Of a stretch of DNA of 64,000 nt, positions 9,300-18,748 are shown piece after piece. Positions within the stretch are counted from its first letter, which is position 1. Each line of letters starts with the position of its first letter. Under the pieces are notes generated by a model. That model was not told the origin of the DNA and ran no database searches. It saw only the letters and a list, made by a program, of their open reading frames with translations. A program made the translations under genes and the position numbers. The DNA is from a virus (taxonomy: Duplodnaviria; Caudoviricetes), in IMG/VR virus record IMGVR_UViG_3300022555_000003, positions 160,001-224,000 of that record, one strand, 5' to 3'.

Positions 9300-9639
9300 T
9301 TTGCTCGTATAGTTCAACATTGTTAATACCCGTAATTATTTCAGGTTCAACAGGTTGATCACTTAACAATCTATCTGCATGAGTTTTTAATACTTTAGAT
9401 AATCTGATAGTTTCTTTTGGAGACAATAAAATTTCATCAAACGCACCATAACGACATTGATGTCCAAAAATATATTTGAGTGAAATCCAAAGTCTCTCAT
9501 ATATCGTTCGACTTTTTGTCAGATGAATACTTAAATAAACATATCTATCATCAACCAAATCTTCGTTATCATCAAAACTTTGAATAATAAATTGATGTTC
9601 AGTACAGCTACAATCACAAACAAATAAATCTCTACTCAT
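9292..9639 (-). CDS. hypothetical protein with CxCxxxxH motif
   Basis: CDCSCTEH near N-terminus; tiled ORF. Confidence 0.65.
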   Translation of the reverse strand: MSRDLFVCDCSCTEHQFIIQSFDDNEDLVDDRYVYLSIHLTKSRTIYERLWISLKYIFGHQCRYGAFDEILLSPKETIRLSKVLKTHADRLLSDQPVEPEIITGINNVELYEQNG

Positions 9640-10078
9640 TTTCGTCAGTATCCTTTACTTCTTGCCATCCTAAATTTTTGAGATCTTCTCTGATCTCATC
9701 TGTAACTGTTCCTTCGCCAACATATTCTGATACATGTGAGGAATTAATATGATCATAAGATGTTTTGAACATATCTGCACAATCATCTAGCATATCTGCA
9801 TCTACTGCCATTCCACTACAATACCAATCAATATATGTTTCATCTGCTGCACCAGGAGTTACTCCATTTCTAATTTGTGCAACTATTGATCCAGAATGTC
9901 TCCAAGAACATCCCCAGGTTTCACTTTTTAAGATGGATATAACTTCTATTGCTTGCCAAGTTGTATTGCACAATGCAGCATATAAATTCTGAGCATAAGA
10001 ATCAGAAACACATTTACCACATATTACCAAACTCGTTAGTAAATCTTTTTCTAAATCCTTGATTTGATCTACGTCCAT
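9632..10078 (-). CDS. hypothetical protein
   Basis: 148-aa tiled ORF (YAQNLYAALCN, SWRHSG, YIDWYCSG). Confidence 0.7.
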   Translation of the reverse strand: MDVDQIKDLEKDLLTSLVICGKCVSDSYAQNLYAALCNTTWQAIEVISILKSETWGCSWRHSGSIVAQIRNGVTPGAADETYIDWYCSGMAVDADMLDDCADMFKTSYDHINSSHVSEYVGEGTVTDEIREDLKNLGWQEVKDTDENE

Positions 10079-10905
10079 AGTTCACTCCGATGATCTATTA
10101 CTTCTTTAAGCCACTTAGTATCTTCATCAAAATATTGCTTTTCAATCTCGTTGACAAGTTCGTATAAAGCATGTTGCTCTTCTTTTTCTTCTTGGGTAAT
10201 CTTACTATTGAATTGCCACATACCATCGCCATATTTTTCTGTCAATCTTTTCGAAAAAGCAGTAATTCCAGATTTATCATAAGGATCAACACGAGATGGG
10301 CGTTCGATAGTCCACCACTTATATGCTGACAATAACCAAATAGCTGATTCAGCTTGTGGAGTTAGTTTTCCTAACAATGGATCGCTTTCTTCTATTCCAC
10401 AATCAGTATTATATACTAATCCTATTTCCAAATTTAAGTGATCAATGCCAGCTTCTGCACAACGCCATTCGCTCCACCGCAATGGCCAAAACTTATGCCA
10501 AAATGGATTAGAGTACTTTTTATTATCTTTACCACCACACCATACTTGCATATGAGCCTTTTCAATCTCAATAAAATCAACTAGCTCATTAAATACACCA
10601 TGAAGTAACTTAGTATCATATTCATGAAATTTACCTTTAGGTAAACCTGTTTTAAGCATATGCGAAGAAATAAACCTATTTCTTAAATAGTACTTAACTT
10701 CATATAATGGATCAATCAAAAGTTCAGCTGGCTTTTCTAAAAGATCAGGCAATGTTTCTGTTACCCAATATGCAAATGGTTTATTAACTTTGGCTGCGGC
10801 ATGATAAGTTTCCCATTCATCCCACGGTAATGCTTCAGGCTTATCAACACAAAGCTTTTTACGTAACCAAAGAAAAAACTTACTCTCAGAATAATATCTA
10901 TTCAC
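10069..10905 (-). CDS. hypothetical protein, Trp-rich
   Basis: 278-aa tiled ORF. Confidence 0.7.
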   Translation of the reverse strand: MNRYYSESKFFLWLRKKLCVDKPEALPWDEWETYHAAAKVNKPFAYWVTETLPDLLEKPAELLIDPLYEVKYYLRNRFISSHMLKTGLPKGKFHEYDTKLLHGVFNELVDFIEIEKAHMQVWCGGKDNKKYSNPFWHKFWPLRWSEWRCAEAGIDHLNLEIGLVYNTDCGIEESDPLLGKLTPQAESAIWLLSAYKWWTIERPSRVDPYDKSGITAFSKRLTEKYGDGMWQFNSKITQEEKEEQHALYELVNEIEKQYFDEDTKWLKEVIDHRSELWT

Positions 10906-11362
10906 TTGATTTCTCCCACGGAAAATGCGTATTTATTTTATTACAGTCTTTATTAATATAGTGAGCACAGAAGTCAATTTCTTTCCATTCACTTCGTTCA
11001 TTGTTGACAAGAACTGCAAACTTCACATTGTTATGCCAAACATTTTCCCATTCTTTACTATTTGGAGAACAAGATGATTTCCAATCTGAAACAATCCAAT
11101 TGAAAAAGTCACCTCTATTATTTAAATCCAGCATAACTAAAATGTTTGTTCGCTTTTCATATGCATCTTCTGCAAGCCAACAAACCGAAGCGTCCATTTT
11201 AATAACTTCAAGCTCGACATCTAATAGCTCACTCAACATTGTAGCTGGAATAACTCCTGTTGGAGACAATCCAACAATGTATTCTGGCATCCACCCACTC
11301 AGCGCAATATTAAGCGCCAATCCATGTACATCTTTCTCAACATCTGACCATGTATATTTCAT
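10898..11362 (-). CDS. purine phosphoribosyltransferase-like protein with degenerate PRPP loop
   Basis: YIVGLSPTGVIPATMLS, NILVMLDLNNRG (cf. VDDxxDTG), C-terminal FPWE. Confidence 0.65.
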   Translation of the reverse strand: MKYTWSDVEKDVHGLALNIALSGWMPEYIVGLSPTGVIPATMLSELLDVELEVIKMDASVCWLAEDAYEKRTNILVMLDLNNRGDFFNWIVSDWKSSCSPNSKEWENVWHNNVKFAVLVNNERSEWKEIDFCAHYINKDCNKINTHFPWEKSSE

Positions 11363-12040
11363 TTACGGCATCCTACTTATAATTGACATAAATTCTTGTT
11401 TCAAAGAATTATCTTCGCGTTTAAATACGCCTCTCATAACACTTGTTGTCATGGCTGAATCATGTTCCTTGACCCCCCGAGCTGTCATACAACCATGTTC
11501 AGCTTGAATTAATATTGCAACGCCTTCTGCTTTTGTTTCTGTTTCAATTGCATCAGCAATTTGAATAGTCATCTCTTCTTGAATCTGCGGCCTGCTTGCA
11601 ACCCAATTTACAATTCGATTAAACTTACTTAGCCCAATAACAGTTTTACCAGGAAAAATGCCAATATAGGCCTTACCAGTAATATTTTGCATATGATGAG
11701 CGCAAGTTGATCTAATAGATACAGGCCCTGCAACCATAATTCCTTCATATGAATTTATATTAGGAAAAGATGTTACTGCTGGCATTGGTTGATATCTACC
11801 AGAAAAGATTTCATTAACCATCATCTTTGCAACACGTCTAGCAGTATCTTGGGTATTATGATCCTTTTCGGTATCAATAACTAAACTCTTCAATACTTCT
11901 TCATACTTCTGAGTAACTTCACTAATTAGTAATTCTATTTCATCTTGATTAACATATTTACTAATGTTATGATTTGCAAGGTAAGAATCACCGCTTTCAA
12001 TAATTCTTCGTCTAATTACGTCGCTTATATTATCCATCAT
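11363..12040 (-). CDS. folE: GTP cyclohydrolase I
   Basis: DTARRVAKM, STCAHHM, GLSKFNR, QIQEE, AEHGCMTARG. Confidence 0.95.
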   Translation of the reverse strand: MMDNISDVIRRRIIESGDSYLANHNISKYVNQDEIELLISEVTQKYEEVLKSLVIDTEKDHNTQDTARRVAKMMVNEIFSGRYQPMPAVTSFPNINSYEGIMVAGPVSIRSTCAHHMQNITGKAYIGIFPGKTVIGLSKFNRIVNWVASRPQIQEEMTIQIADAIETETKAEGVAILIQAEHGCMTARGVKEHDSAMTTSVMRGVFKREDNSLKQEFMSIISRMP

Positions 12041-12063
12041 ATTATTGTAACATACTCCTTACC

Positions 12064-12399
12064 TTAAGTCAAATGAGACTTTCCAGATATTACATCATTA
12101 GTGCATGAAACTTGCAATGCTAATACAATTGGAATCATCCAACCACCCATGCACACAAAATATATCAACATGGCTATCCAATAGCAATTACTAAACCACA
12201 CATACGGAATCTGTTGAATAGATGAACATGCTGTGCCAAATGATACTATACAAATAGGAATATTACATAGCCAAATAAATAAATTTCCGCACCACATAAG
12301 TGCAAATGGCATGAAAGCCGCTAATGCTAATACAACTACTGTTAACCCGCAGTTAACGCTAAACAATATTCTGTTTGCTGTATTCAAAAATTCTTTCAT
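12064..12399 (-). CDS. membrane protein
   Basis: Predominantly hydrophobic, Cys/Trp-rich, 111 aa. Confidence 0.6.
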   Translation of the reverse strand: MKEFLNTANRILFSVNCGLTVVVLALAAFMPFALMWCGNLFIWLCNIPICIVSFGTACSSIQQIPYVWFSNCYWIAMLIYFVCMGGWMIPIVLALQVSCTNDVISGKSHLT

Positions 12400-13472
12400 T
12401 TTAGATTCTCCAATAATTTAAATGCGTGGAAAAACTTTTTATATGACGAATTCATATAACTACTAACATATGGTAAAAATGTGTCATAATATACAATACG
12501 TTCACGTATCATGCATTTGATAATTTCTCTGTTTTCCATATAAGATTCCCAGTTTGTTGTCCAATTTGATGGATACAAAAATTTAGGATGATTCTTAAAA
12601 ATTTCTGTATAGCTCAATCTATTTGGAGCAAAAGGAATTGCTTTAACAATTGGTCCTTCAGCACAAGTTGTGATACCTAGTGTTTCTTGCAGATTGGCAC
12701 TAAACAATACTTTCGATTCTCCAAGAATTTTATGATATTCTTTCTTAGACAATTGCTTATCTTGACAAATAACAAATTCATATTCTGGTAATTCTTTCGC
12801 TAGATCCCTAAAAATTTCTGGCTGTTTTTCTACTGAGACACGATGTGGAAATACAACTAAATTTCGTTTTGTAACTCCTTCAATATCATTCGAAATATCA
12901 CGTTTCAAATTTTCAAAAGGCCAACCAGTCTGGATAATCTTTTTAGTTTTTAGTACATGCTGTAATGTTGCTCCAGATCCGTACAATAGATTATCCCAAA
13001 ACATATTAATATGAAATTCTGTTGCAAAATAATTATGATCAATTGCATTATATAAACTTATTTCGAAGTTTGTTAACCAATCTTGTTTACCTAATCTACC
13101 CAACCCATCATTTTTATCGTAATTTCCGGCATGCCAAAGTCCATGGATCTTAACTGGGGTGTTTAAAAGGGAACTCATATACTTTAAACTAATGATTGTT
13201 GGATTCCAAGCATCAGTAAATAAGAATTGGTCGCCTTCTTTAATAATTTTATCAGAAAATAATTTTGCTATTTTTTTACATTGTTCGGCTTTAAAAGTGT
13301 TTGTTCCAGCAAAATCTAAGAACATTCCTGGTGTAGGAATAGTTCCAGTTAACAATTCTCCTTTGATTATCATATTCTCAATACCATTTTCTTTTAAAAG
13401 TTTAGGAATATGTGTTGCCCACTGACAAGTATAACGTGTTGGTATATTTTCAAGTTCTACAATATAAAGCAT
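12396..13472 (-). CDS. GT-B fold glycosyltransferase
   Basis: FPHRVSVEKQPEIF, ANLQETLGI (ExxG-type motif), APNRLSYTE. Confidence 0.75.
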   Translation of the reverse strand: MLYIVELENIPTRYTCQWATHIPKLLKENGIENMIIKGELLTGTIPTPGMFLDFAGTNTFKAEQCKKIAKLFSDKIIKEGDQFLFTDAWNPTIISLKYMSSLLNTPVKIHGLWHAGNYDKNDGLGRLGKQDWLTNFEISLYNAIDHNYFATEFHINMFWDNLLYGSGATLQHVLKTKKIIQTGWPFENLKRDISNDIEGVTKRNLVVFPHRVSVEKQPEIFRDLAKELPEYEFVICQDKQLSKKEYHKILGESKVLFSANLQETLGITTCAEGPIVKAIPFAPNRLSYTEIFKNHPKFLYPSNWTTNWESYMENREIIKCMIRERIVYYDTFLPYVSSYMNSSYKKFFHAFKLLENLK

Positions 13473-13477
13473 AATTA

Positions 13478-13506
13478 ATTATAACAAACTCTTATATTAA
13501 AGTCAA
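13478..13506 (-). promoter_or_regulatory. sigma70-like promoter, 5 nt upstream of glycosyltransferase ATG
   Basis: TTGACT-17 nt-TATAAT-TAATT-ATG. Confidence 0.8.
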
Positions 13507-13511
13507 ATTTA

Positions 13512-13589
13512 GATAAATAAAAATGCGTGATAAGACAGACCATTAATCTGTCTTATCACTAAACAGTTCAATCTACAAAGGAGATCGAC
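13512..13589 (+). promoter_or_regulatory. late promoter plus two hairpins ahead of the GIY-YIG gene
   Basis: GATAAATA at 13512; perfect 13-bp stem 13527-13559; ATCT/AGAT stem with ACAAAGG loop over the SD. Confidence 0.7.
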
Positions 13590-14516
13590 ATGTCTACTCG
13601 TATTTATTATACAGTATATAAAACTACAAATTTATTAAATGGAAAATATTATATTGGAAAACACAAAACAACCACCCCTAATGATTATTATTTAGGATCC
13701 GGTCTTGCATTAAAGAATGCAGTTAAAAAATATGGAAAGGATCAATTTGTTAAAAAAGTTATATGTATTTGTGAAACAGACGAATATGCTTATCTAATTG
13801 AAAGCAAATTAGTTACTAAATTAATAATAAAAGATGAAAATTGTTATAATATAGTATGTGGCGGGGGAGGGTTATATAATTCAGAAAAAGCGCACCAAAC
13901 TAGAATAGAAAAATATAACGGTAAATATTTTTCTGAAGACGGAACAAAATCAATGAAAAGCTTTACAAGTGCATATACTAAAGCTAATAACCCAATGCAT
14001 AAATTAATAGTACAGAAAAAATATTACGATTCAATAGCACAAAAGATTGGATATTCTGATCATCAAGAATATGTTATGGCAGTGAAACAAGCATTTGAAC
14101 AATGCAAAACTATAAAAACAACATCTGACTTTACTGGGCACCCACAACAAACCATTTTACATTTATTATTAAAACATTTTGGAAAAGACTATATTGATGA
14201 TATCAGAAAAGAAGGATTTAAAGAAGCTAGGCAAAGACAAACAAACAATTTTATATTGTCACAATTTTGTAGATCTAAAAAAGATGGAAAACTTAATCAT
14301 AATGCGTATATTTGGTTAGGAAAATCTCCCGAAAATAATATTTTTATTATATTTGGAAAACGTATTCAATTCTGCAGAGATAACAAAGTTAACACTTCGC
14401 TGGACCCAACTAAAGACCATTTAAGAAAAGGATGGACTTTTCAAAAAATATGCAAAGTGAAAGATTATTCACAACAACTTATCAGTAAATACGAGAATAT
14501 AACAATTTATGATTAA
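13590..14516 (+). CDS. free-standing GIY-YIG (Seg-like) homing endonuclease
   Basis: YTVYKTTNLLNGKYYIGKH, YLGSG, E...CYN; inserted antisense within the operon. Confidence 0.88.
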   Translation: MSTRIYYTVYKTTNLLNGKYYIGKHKTTTPNDYYLGSGLALKNAVKKYGKDQFVKKVICICETDEYAYLIESKLVTKLIIKDENCYNIVCGGGGLYNSEKAHQTRIEKYNGKYFSEDGTKSMKSFTSAYTKANNPMHKLIVQKKYYDSIAQKIGYSDHQEYVMAVKQAFEQCKTIKTTSDFTGHPQQTILHLLLKHFGKDYIDDIRKEGFKEARQRQTNNFILSQFCRSKKDGKLNHNAYIWLGKSPENNIFIIFGKRIQFCRDNKVNTSLDPTKDHLRKGWTFQKICKVKDYSQQLISKYENITIYD

Positions 14517-14917
14517 TACCATTTGTAAATAACCTCACACCCATTTTCATCATCCTCACTTACGTTAATGTGAACTTCTCGCTGTGGGTATCTTCCAGCT
14601 ATATTTAAGTATAGCATATCAGCAATCATTTCACAACTACTGTTATTTAGATTTAATATTCCTGTGGTATATAATTTTTCACACCACCGTTTAAATTGGA
14701 TAAATTCGATATCTCTATTGTCATGAAATACTTCAATCTTTACTTTAAAATGAAAAATATGTCTGTGCGGATGTTGTAAAAAACTTACGTCATCAAGATT
14801 TGGATCAAAACCAGCAGCTGGATAACAATGGATTCCTTCTTTTTGAAAAGTAATCCAAATGAATTTCTTAGAATTACAAATATTACTTTCTACTTTGATA
14901 CGTTCATCCATTGTCAT
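14513..14917 (-). CDS. QueD-like T-fold protein with LxxxHRHxF signature (DpdL-like)
   Basis: FLQHPHRHIFHFKV, RDIEFI, SCEMIA, VSEDDENG. Confidence 0.7.
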   Translation of the reverse strand: MTMDERIKVESNICNSKKFIWITFQKEGIHCYPAAGFDPNLDDVSFLQHPHRHIFHFKVKIEVFHDNRDIEFIQFKRWCEKLYTTGILNLNNSSCEMIADMLYLNIAGRYPQREVHINVSEDDENGCEVIYKWY

Positions 14918-15423
14918 TAAATTTTAGAGTCTCCCTTGTACATTTCCCAATGGGTGAAATTTGAGTATGATTTAAGATCACTTAATTGATGTACCCAAAC
15001 TCCAGCGTTCGTTGCTCCCCAAGAGGTATCATCTAATTTAATTGTTGTATTATAATTGAAATTTTTAATATTTGGCAACTTAACACTTAACATAAGTACA
15101 AACTTATCATGTCCAATTATTCCTTGATAAGCAGTGGAAAGTTCAGTTGCATATTTAACATCTGAGTCTAGTGTTACCCAAAAATTATTATCAAGAAGTA
15201 CTTTGATAGTATCAAGCCAGTCTAAAAATGAATTATTTACAGCCATGAAACTTTGATTTGCTCCAAGATAAATATGCTTGCACTTGTGCTTTTTTGCAGC
15301 ATCAATCATCTCTACGCTATCAATTAATCCAGTTACAAATAATGTCTTTTTTCCTAAACAAATTGTCCGCTCAACTTCTTCACCAATAAAAAATTTTGAA
15401 ACTTGCCGTTGATCTTTGTCCAT
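14917..15423 (-). CDS. hypothetical protein in deazaguanine cluster
   Basis: 168 aa, coupled to the DpdL-like gene, with its own promoter. Confidence 0.7.
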   Translation of the reverse strand: MDKDQRQVSKFFIGEEVERTICLGKKTLFVTGLIDSVEMIDAAKKHKCKHIYLGANQSFMAVNNSFLDWLDTIKVLLDNNFWVTLDSDVKYATELSTAYQGIIGHDKFVLMLSVKLPNIKNFNYNTTIKLDDTSWGATNAGVWVHQLSDLKSYSNFTHWEMYKGDSKI

Positions 15424-15428
15424 AACTA

Positions 15429-15457
15429 ATTATAACAAATATAGTTATTAAAGTCAA
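15429..15457 (-). promoter_or_regulatory. sigma70-like promoter, 5 nt upstream of ATG
   Basis: TTGACT-17 nt-TATAAT-TAGTT-ATG. Confidence 0.8.
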
Positions 15458-15458
15458 A

Positions 15459-16355
15459 TCACTCTGACCAAGTAATATATCCCCTATTGTAATTTGGTTG
15501 GCGATTCTTTCCGTCTTCAAATGCTAATTCCCATTCTGTATTACGATCATAACTTCTTGTCCAAAAAGCATTAACATTCAATCTACCTGATTCAATATAT
15601 TTTACTGCTTTGAGCATACAAGAATGAAATTTGCTAGATCTTGGACTTGGAAAAACAATTGTAGCTGCTTTCCATAATAAATTGCTAAAGTCAGTAGTTA
15701 CTTGCTTTTGAGATCCCATTACAACTAATGCATTGTCATTAAGAATATCTTTAGAAAATACATCGTCTCTTCCACTCAAATCAATAACAATATCGTACTT
15801 TCCTCTAGGATCTGACAATAATTTATTTCCCCAAAGTTGTTTATTTGACGTTCCAACTACATCAATCAATCCTCTAATATTGTCAAGAATAGTAGCATGA
15901 GCAACCCGTGCTAAAAATCCACTTCCAAGAATTAAAATTCTAGTTGTTAATTTATCACGTTTAATAAATTCATGATGGGATTGTAAAATTAAATTTATTC
16001 CACATGCAACTGGTTCAATAATATATTTTGGTTCAGCAGCAGGAACTTTAACAAAATTATCAACATTAACATTATAAAAATCTGCATATGCTGGCTCGCC
16101 TCTTGTAGCAACATAATCGCCAATTTTATACATGGATGGAATATTTACGCCAACTTCTATAATTTGTCCTAGACCTTCATGTCCTTGCATTGTTAATGGA
16201 AGTGTTTTGAATTTTCCAGTCATCATGTCGATATCACTTCTACAGACACCAGTCATGATGGACTTTACTTTTATCTCATCATATTTAATTTCTGGACAAC
16301 TCCAATCGGTTTTCTCAAAAAACTTGCCTGATCCATCAGTGTGCAATAATCTCAT
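15459..16355 (-). CDS. Zn-dependent medium-chain dehydrogenase (sugar/polyol type)
   Basis: GVCRSD, GHEGLG, EPVAC, ILGSGFLA. Confidence 0.8.
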   Translation of the reverse strand: MRLLHTDGSGKFFEKTDWSCPEIKYDEIKVKSIMTGVCRSDIDMMTGKFKTLPLTMQGHEGLGQIIEVGVNIPSMYKIGDYVATRGEPAYADFYNVNVDNFVKVPAAEPKYIIEPVACGINLILQSHHEFIKRDKLTTRILILGSGFLARVAHATILDNIRGLIDVVGTSNKQLWGNKLLSDPRGKYDIVIDLSGRDDVFSKDILNDNALVVMGSQKQVTTDFSNLLWKAATIVFPSPRSSKFHSCMLKAVKYIESGRLNVNAFWTRSYDRNTEWELAFEDGKNRQPNYNRGYITWSE

Positions 16356-17260
16356 TAGTTATCCCCTAACTGTATTTGGTCATGAATCCAAAGATCTTCA
16401 ATCAGATTATAATTCCAATATCTTTCTATATCTTTCAAACAATAGGTATGATTCACCATAGTTAAGTAGGCAGATTCTGGACACAAGCCAAACTCATACT
16501 TTATGACTTCGCCATTATCAAAAGTGAATACAATATTTAATTCAGATGGCTTTAATGTTCTCCAATTTGCAGTAAGTTTTATACTTTTATTAGCCCATGT
16601 ATAATGTAATACAGCTTCATCATCTACATCATACACTCCATCCTTTTTAACTGTACCATAATTTGTATTTGTAACATCAGATAATTGCCAATTTTGTTTA
16701 GTTCGTTTATATGATAAATCAGCATTACCAAAATGTGTCTTAGTTAAATTAGTAAACCAACTCAGTAAGTGAGGCATTAAATCTCTACTAACTCCACCCC
16801 ACGCCAACGAATTAGTTGTAAACCAAGATCCTGGGTTTGGAACTCTATCTGTATTACACCAATTAAATTCTACCCTGATTGCATTTGTAAATAAATGTTT
16901 GAGTAAATTTTTATCATTAATTACAATGTCTCGAAATTGATTATTCTTTACCATTGACCATCTAGTATTTGGAAAGTTAGTCACTAGTGAAGACCATTCT
17001 GTAGATGTTTTGAGACCAGGTTTTTCAATAAAAACAACATCAGGTTCATATTTTGCTACAGTTTTAGCAATATCACCATGAGTGTAATTTGGTGTACAAA
17101 TGTTTACAGTATCAAAATGATTAGATTCTAAAGCTTTTTCTAGATCATCAAAATCAGCTTTAACACATGGATCCACAGTTACAACAGTGTGTCCATATTC
17201 TGATAATACTTTTTTGTATAATTGACCAAATCCCATTCCAATAACTAAACAATTTAACAT
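16355..17260 (-). CDS. Gfo/Idh/MocA-family oxidoreductase
   Basis: VIGMGFG, ICTPNYTH, FIEKPG, GGVSRDLMPHLL. Confidence 0.82.
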   Translation of the reverse strand: MLNCLVIGMGFGQLYKKVLSEYGHTVVTVDPCVKADFDDLEKALESNHFDTVNICTPNYTHGDIAKTVAKYEPDVVFIEKPGLKTSTEWSSLVTNFPNTRWSMVKNNQFRDIVINDKNLLKHLFTNAIRVEFNWCNTDRVPNPGSWFTTNSLAWGGVSRDLMPHLLSWFTNLTKTHFGNADLSYKRTKQNWQLSDVTNTNYGTVKKDGVYDVDDEAVLHYTWANKSIKLTANWRTLKPSELNIVFTFDNGEVIKYEFGLCPESAYLTMVNHTYCLKDIERYWNYNLIEDLWIHDQIQLGDN

Positions 17261-17296
17261 AGCGGTTGTTCCTTATCCATATTTAATTATAACACA

Positions 17297-18748
17297 TTAT
17301 TTGAAAAATTTGTTGAATTGTGTAGTCGCGTTAAATGTTTTTTTTCCTATGTGACCAGACGGACCCATAATCTGTAAATAAAATTTGTCGTACTTATCGA
17401 TTATTGCTAACGCTGAAGTAAGCGATTTTGCTTCAAATGCTTTATTTACAATATCTCTCCATTTAATAATTTGATGTGATTCTTCCACTAACATCTTTGG
17501 AATAAACCCTTGATCATACATTTCGTTGGCTCGTTGCACTGCCGAAATATGAAGATAAACATTATGAGACATTAACAATGTGTATGCAAATGAATCCCAA
17601 CTTGTTTTACCTTCCTTACCATTCTTATTTAGGTCGCCTTTTGCATAGTAACAAATATCACTTATTTTTAATTTTGAACTAATGGGTGTTTCTTCAAAAT
17701 GCTTATAGATTTTATCTTGTAATACAGCATCTCTAAAACTTCTATTGTCAGTTGAATATTTTTTGTCGTCTGCGCTTGGTCCCATTTTATACGACCACTT
17801 GCCTCTATCTTTGAGACTAATTTCATAATATACTTGTCCATTAGCAGTAGCAAGAAATGGACTTGCACAATCATAACTTATAGTCAAATTTGGATTATGA
17901 TTTCTTCTAATTGCCCGTTGTAAGTCTGTAAACATTACAGAAAATTCAAGTTTAGAAGTACCAAGGAAATGAATCCAATCATGTATTCCTGGTTCAAGCA
18001 ATCCTTCCCATTTTAAATACATTAGTCTACGCAAAATTAGATGTGGATCAGCTCTATTCTGACCACCAAATGCATACCCATTAAAATGACCTGGATACTT
18101 AGATGGATTACAATAATCTTTTACTTCATCATACCAACTATCTGCTTCTGTATGATTTTCACCTTGTAAAACATTTAAAAATTTACAGTTACCATTTCTA
18201 TTATTTATGAAATAGTCGTTGTTAATTTTAGTTGCCGCTAATGCTCCAGCATAAGAAGTGATGCCGGTATTTTTCTTTCCTTCTTCGTTACGACATACCC
18301 ACGCTGGAATATCTAACGTAATAGAGTAATCAGCATTAGTATCCATCCAAGACAATACTTGGCTACGTTTCTTTTGCGCGATAGGACAATTAGGATTTGA
18401 CCAATCTGCTGGCCACTTACCACCTGCAATTTGGAATCCGCCTGAATCTGTTAAAATAAATGAATTCTGCCTGTCGCGGCGAGTAATCATTCTTTCTTTT
18501 GGATCATTTGCTGTAATATCGATATTAGCATGACCCGCTGAATATAATGACCACTTATATTGAAAATATCCTAATGCTGCATTTAGATAGTTCATACCTT
18601 CTACACCATTAAAAAATCCATTAGGAATTCTCGACTTTTCCACATACTCTTCAACTTGTTGTTTGCCAACGTAAGTTGAAAAGAATGTGGAAAGAGCTGG
18701 TGTAAAGATAGCAAAATCTTTTTGACTAGCTGTTAAGTTTGTGTTCAT
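17297..18748 (-). CDS. tRNA-guanine transglycosylase-like (TGT/DpdA family) enzyme
   Basis: ILTDSGGFQ, ITLDIP, LNVLQG, GYAFGG, IHFLG, ISYDCASP. Confidence 0.78.
   Translation of the reverse strand: MNTNLTASQKDFAIFTPALSTFFSTYVGKQQVEEYVEKSRIPNGFFNGVEGMNYLNAALGYFQYKWSLYSAGHANIDITANDPKERMITRRDRQNSFILTDSGGFQIAGGKWPADWSNPNCPIAQKKRSQVLSWMDTNADYSITLDIPAWVCRNEEGKKNTGITSYAGALAATKINNDYFINNRNGNCKFLNVLQGENHTEADSWYDEVKDYCNPSKYPGHFNGYAFGGQNRADPHLILRRLMYLKWEGLLEPGIHDWIHFLGTSKLEFSVMFTDLQRAIRRNHNPNLTISYDCASPFLATANGQVYYEISLKDRGKWSYKMGPSADDKKYSTDNRSFRDAVLQDKIYKHFEETPISSKLKISDICYYAKGDLNKNGKEGKTSWDSFAYTLLMSHNVYLHISAVQRANEMYDQGFIPKMLVEESHQIIKWRDIVNKAFEAKSLTSALAIIDKYDKFYLQIMGPSGHIGKKTFNATTQFNKFFK

Noticed and set aside
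13527-13559. Perfect 13-bp inverted repeat as transposon end or terminator
   Set aside because: No transposase, partner repeat or U-tract; it sits between a late promoter and an SD, so it was treated as a leader structure.
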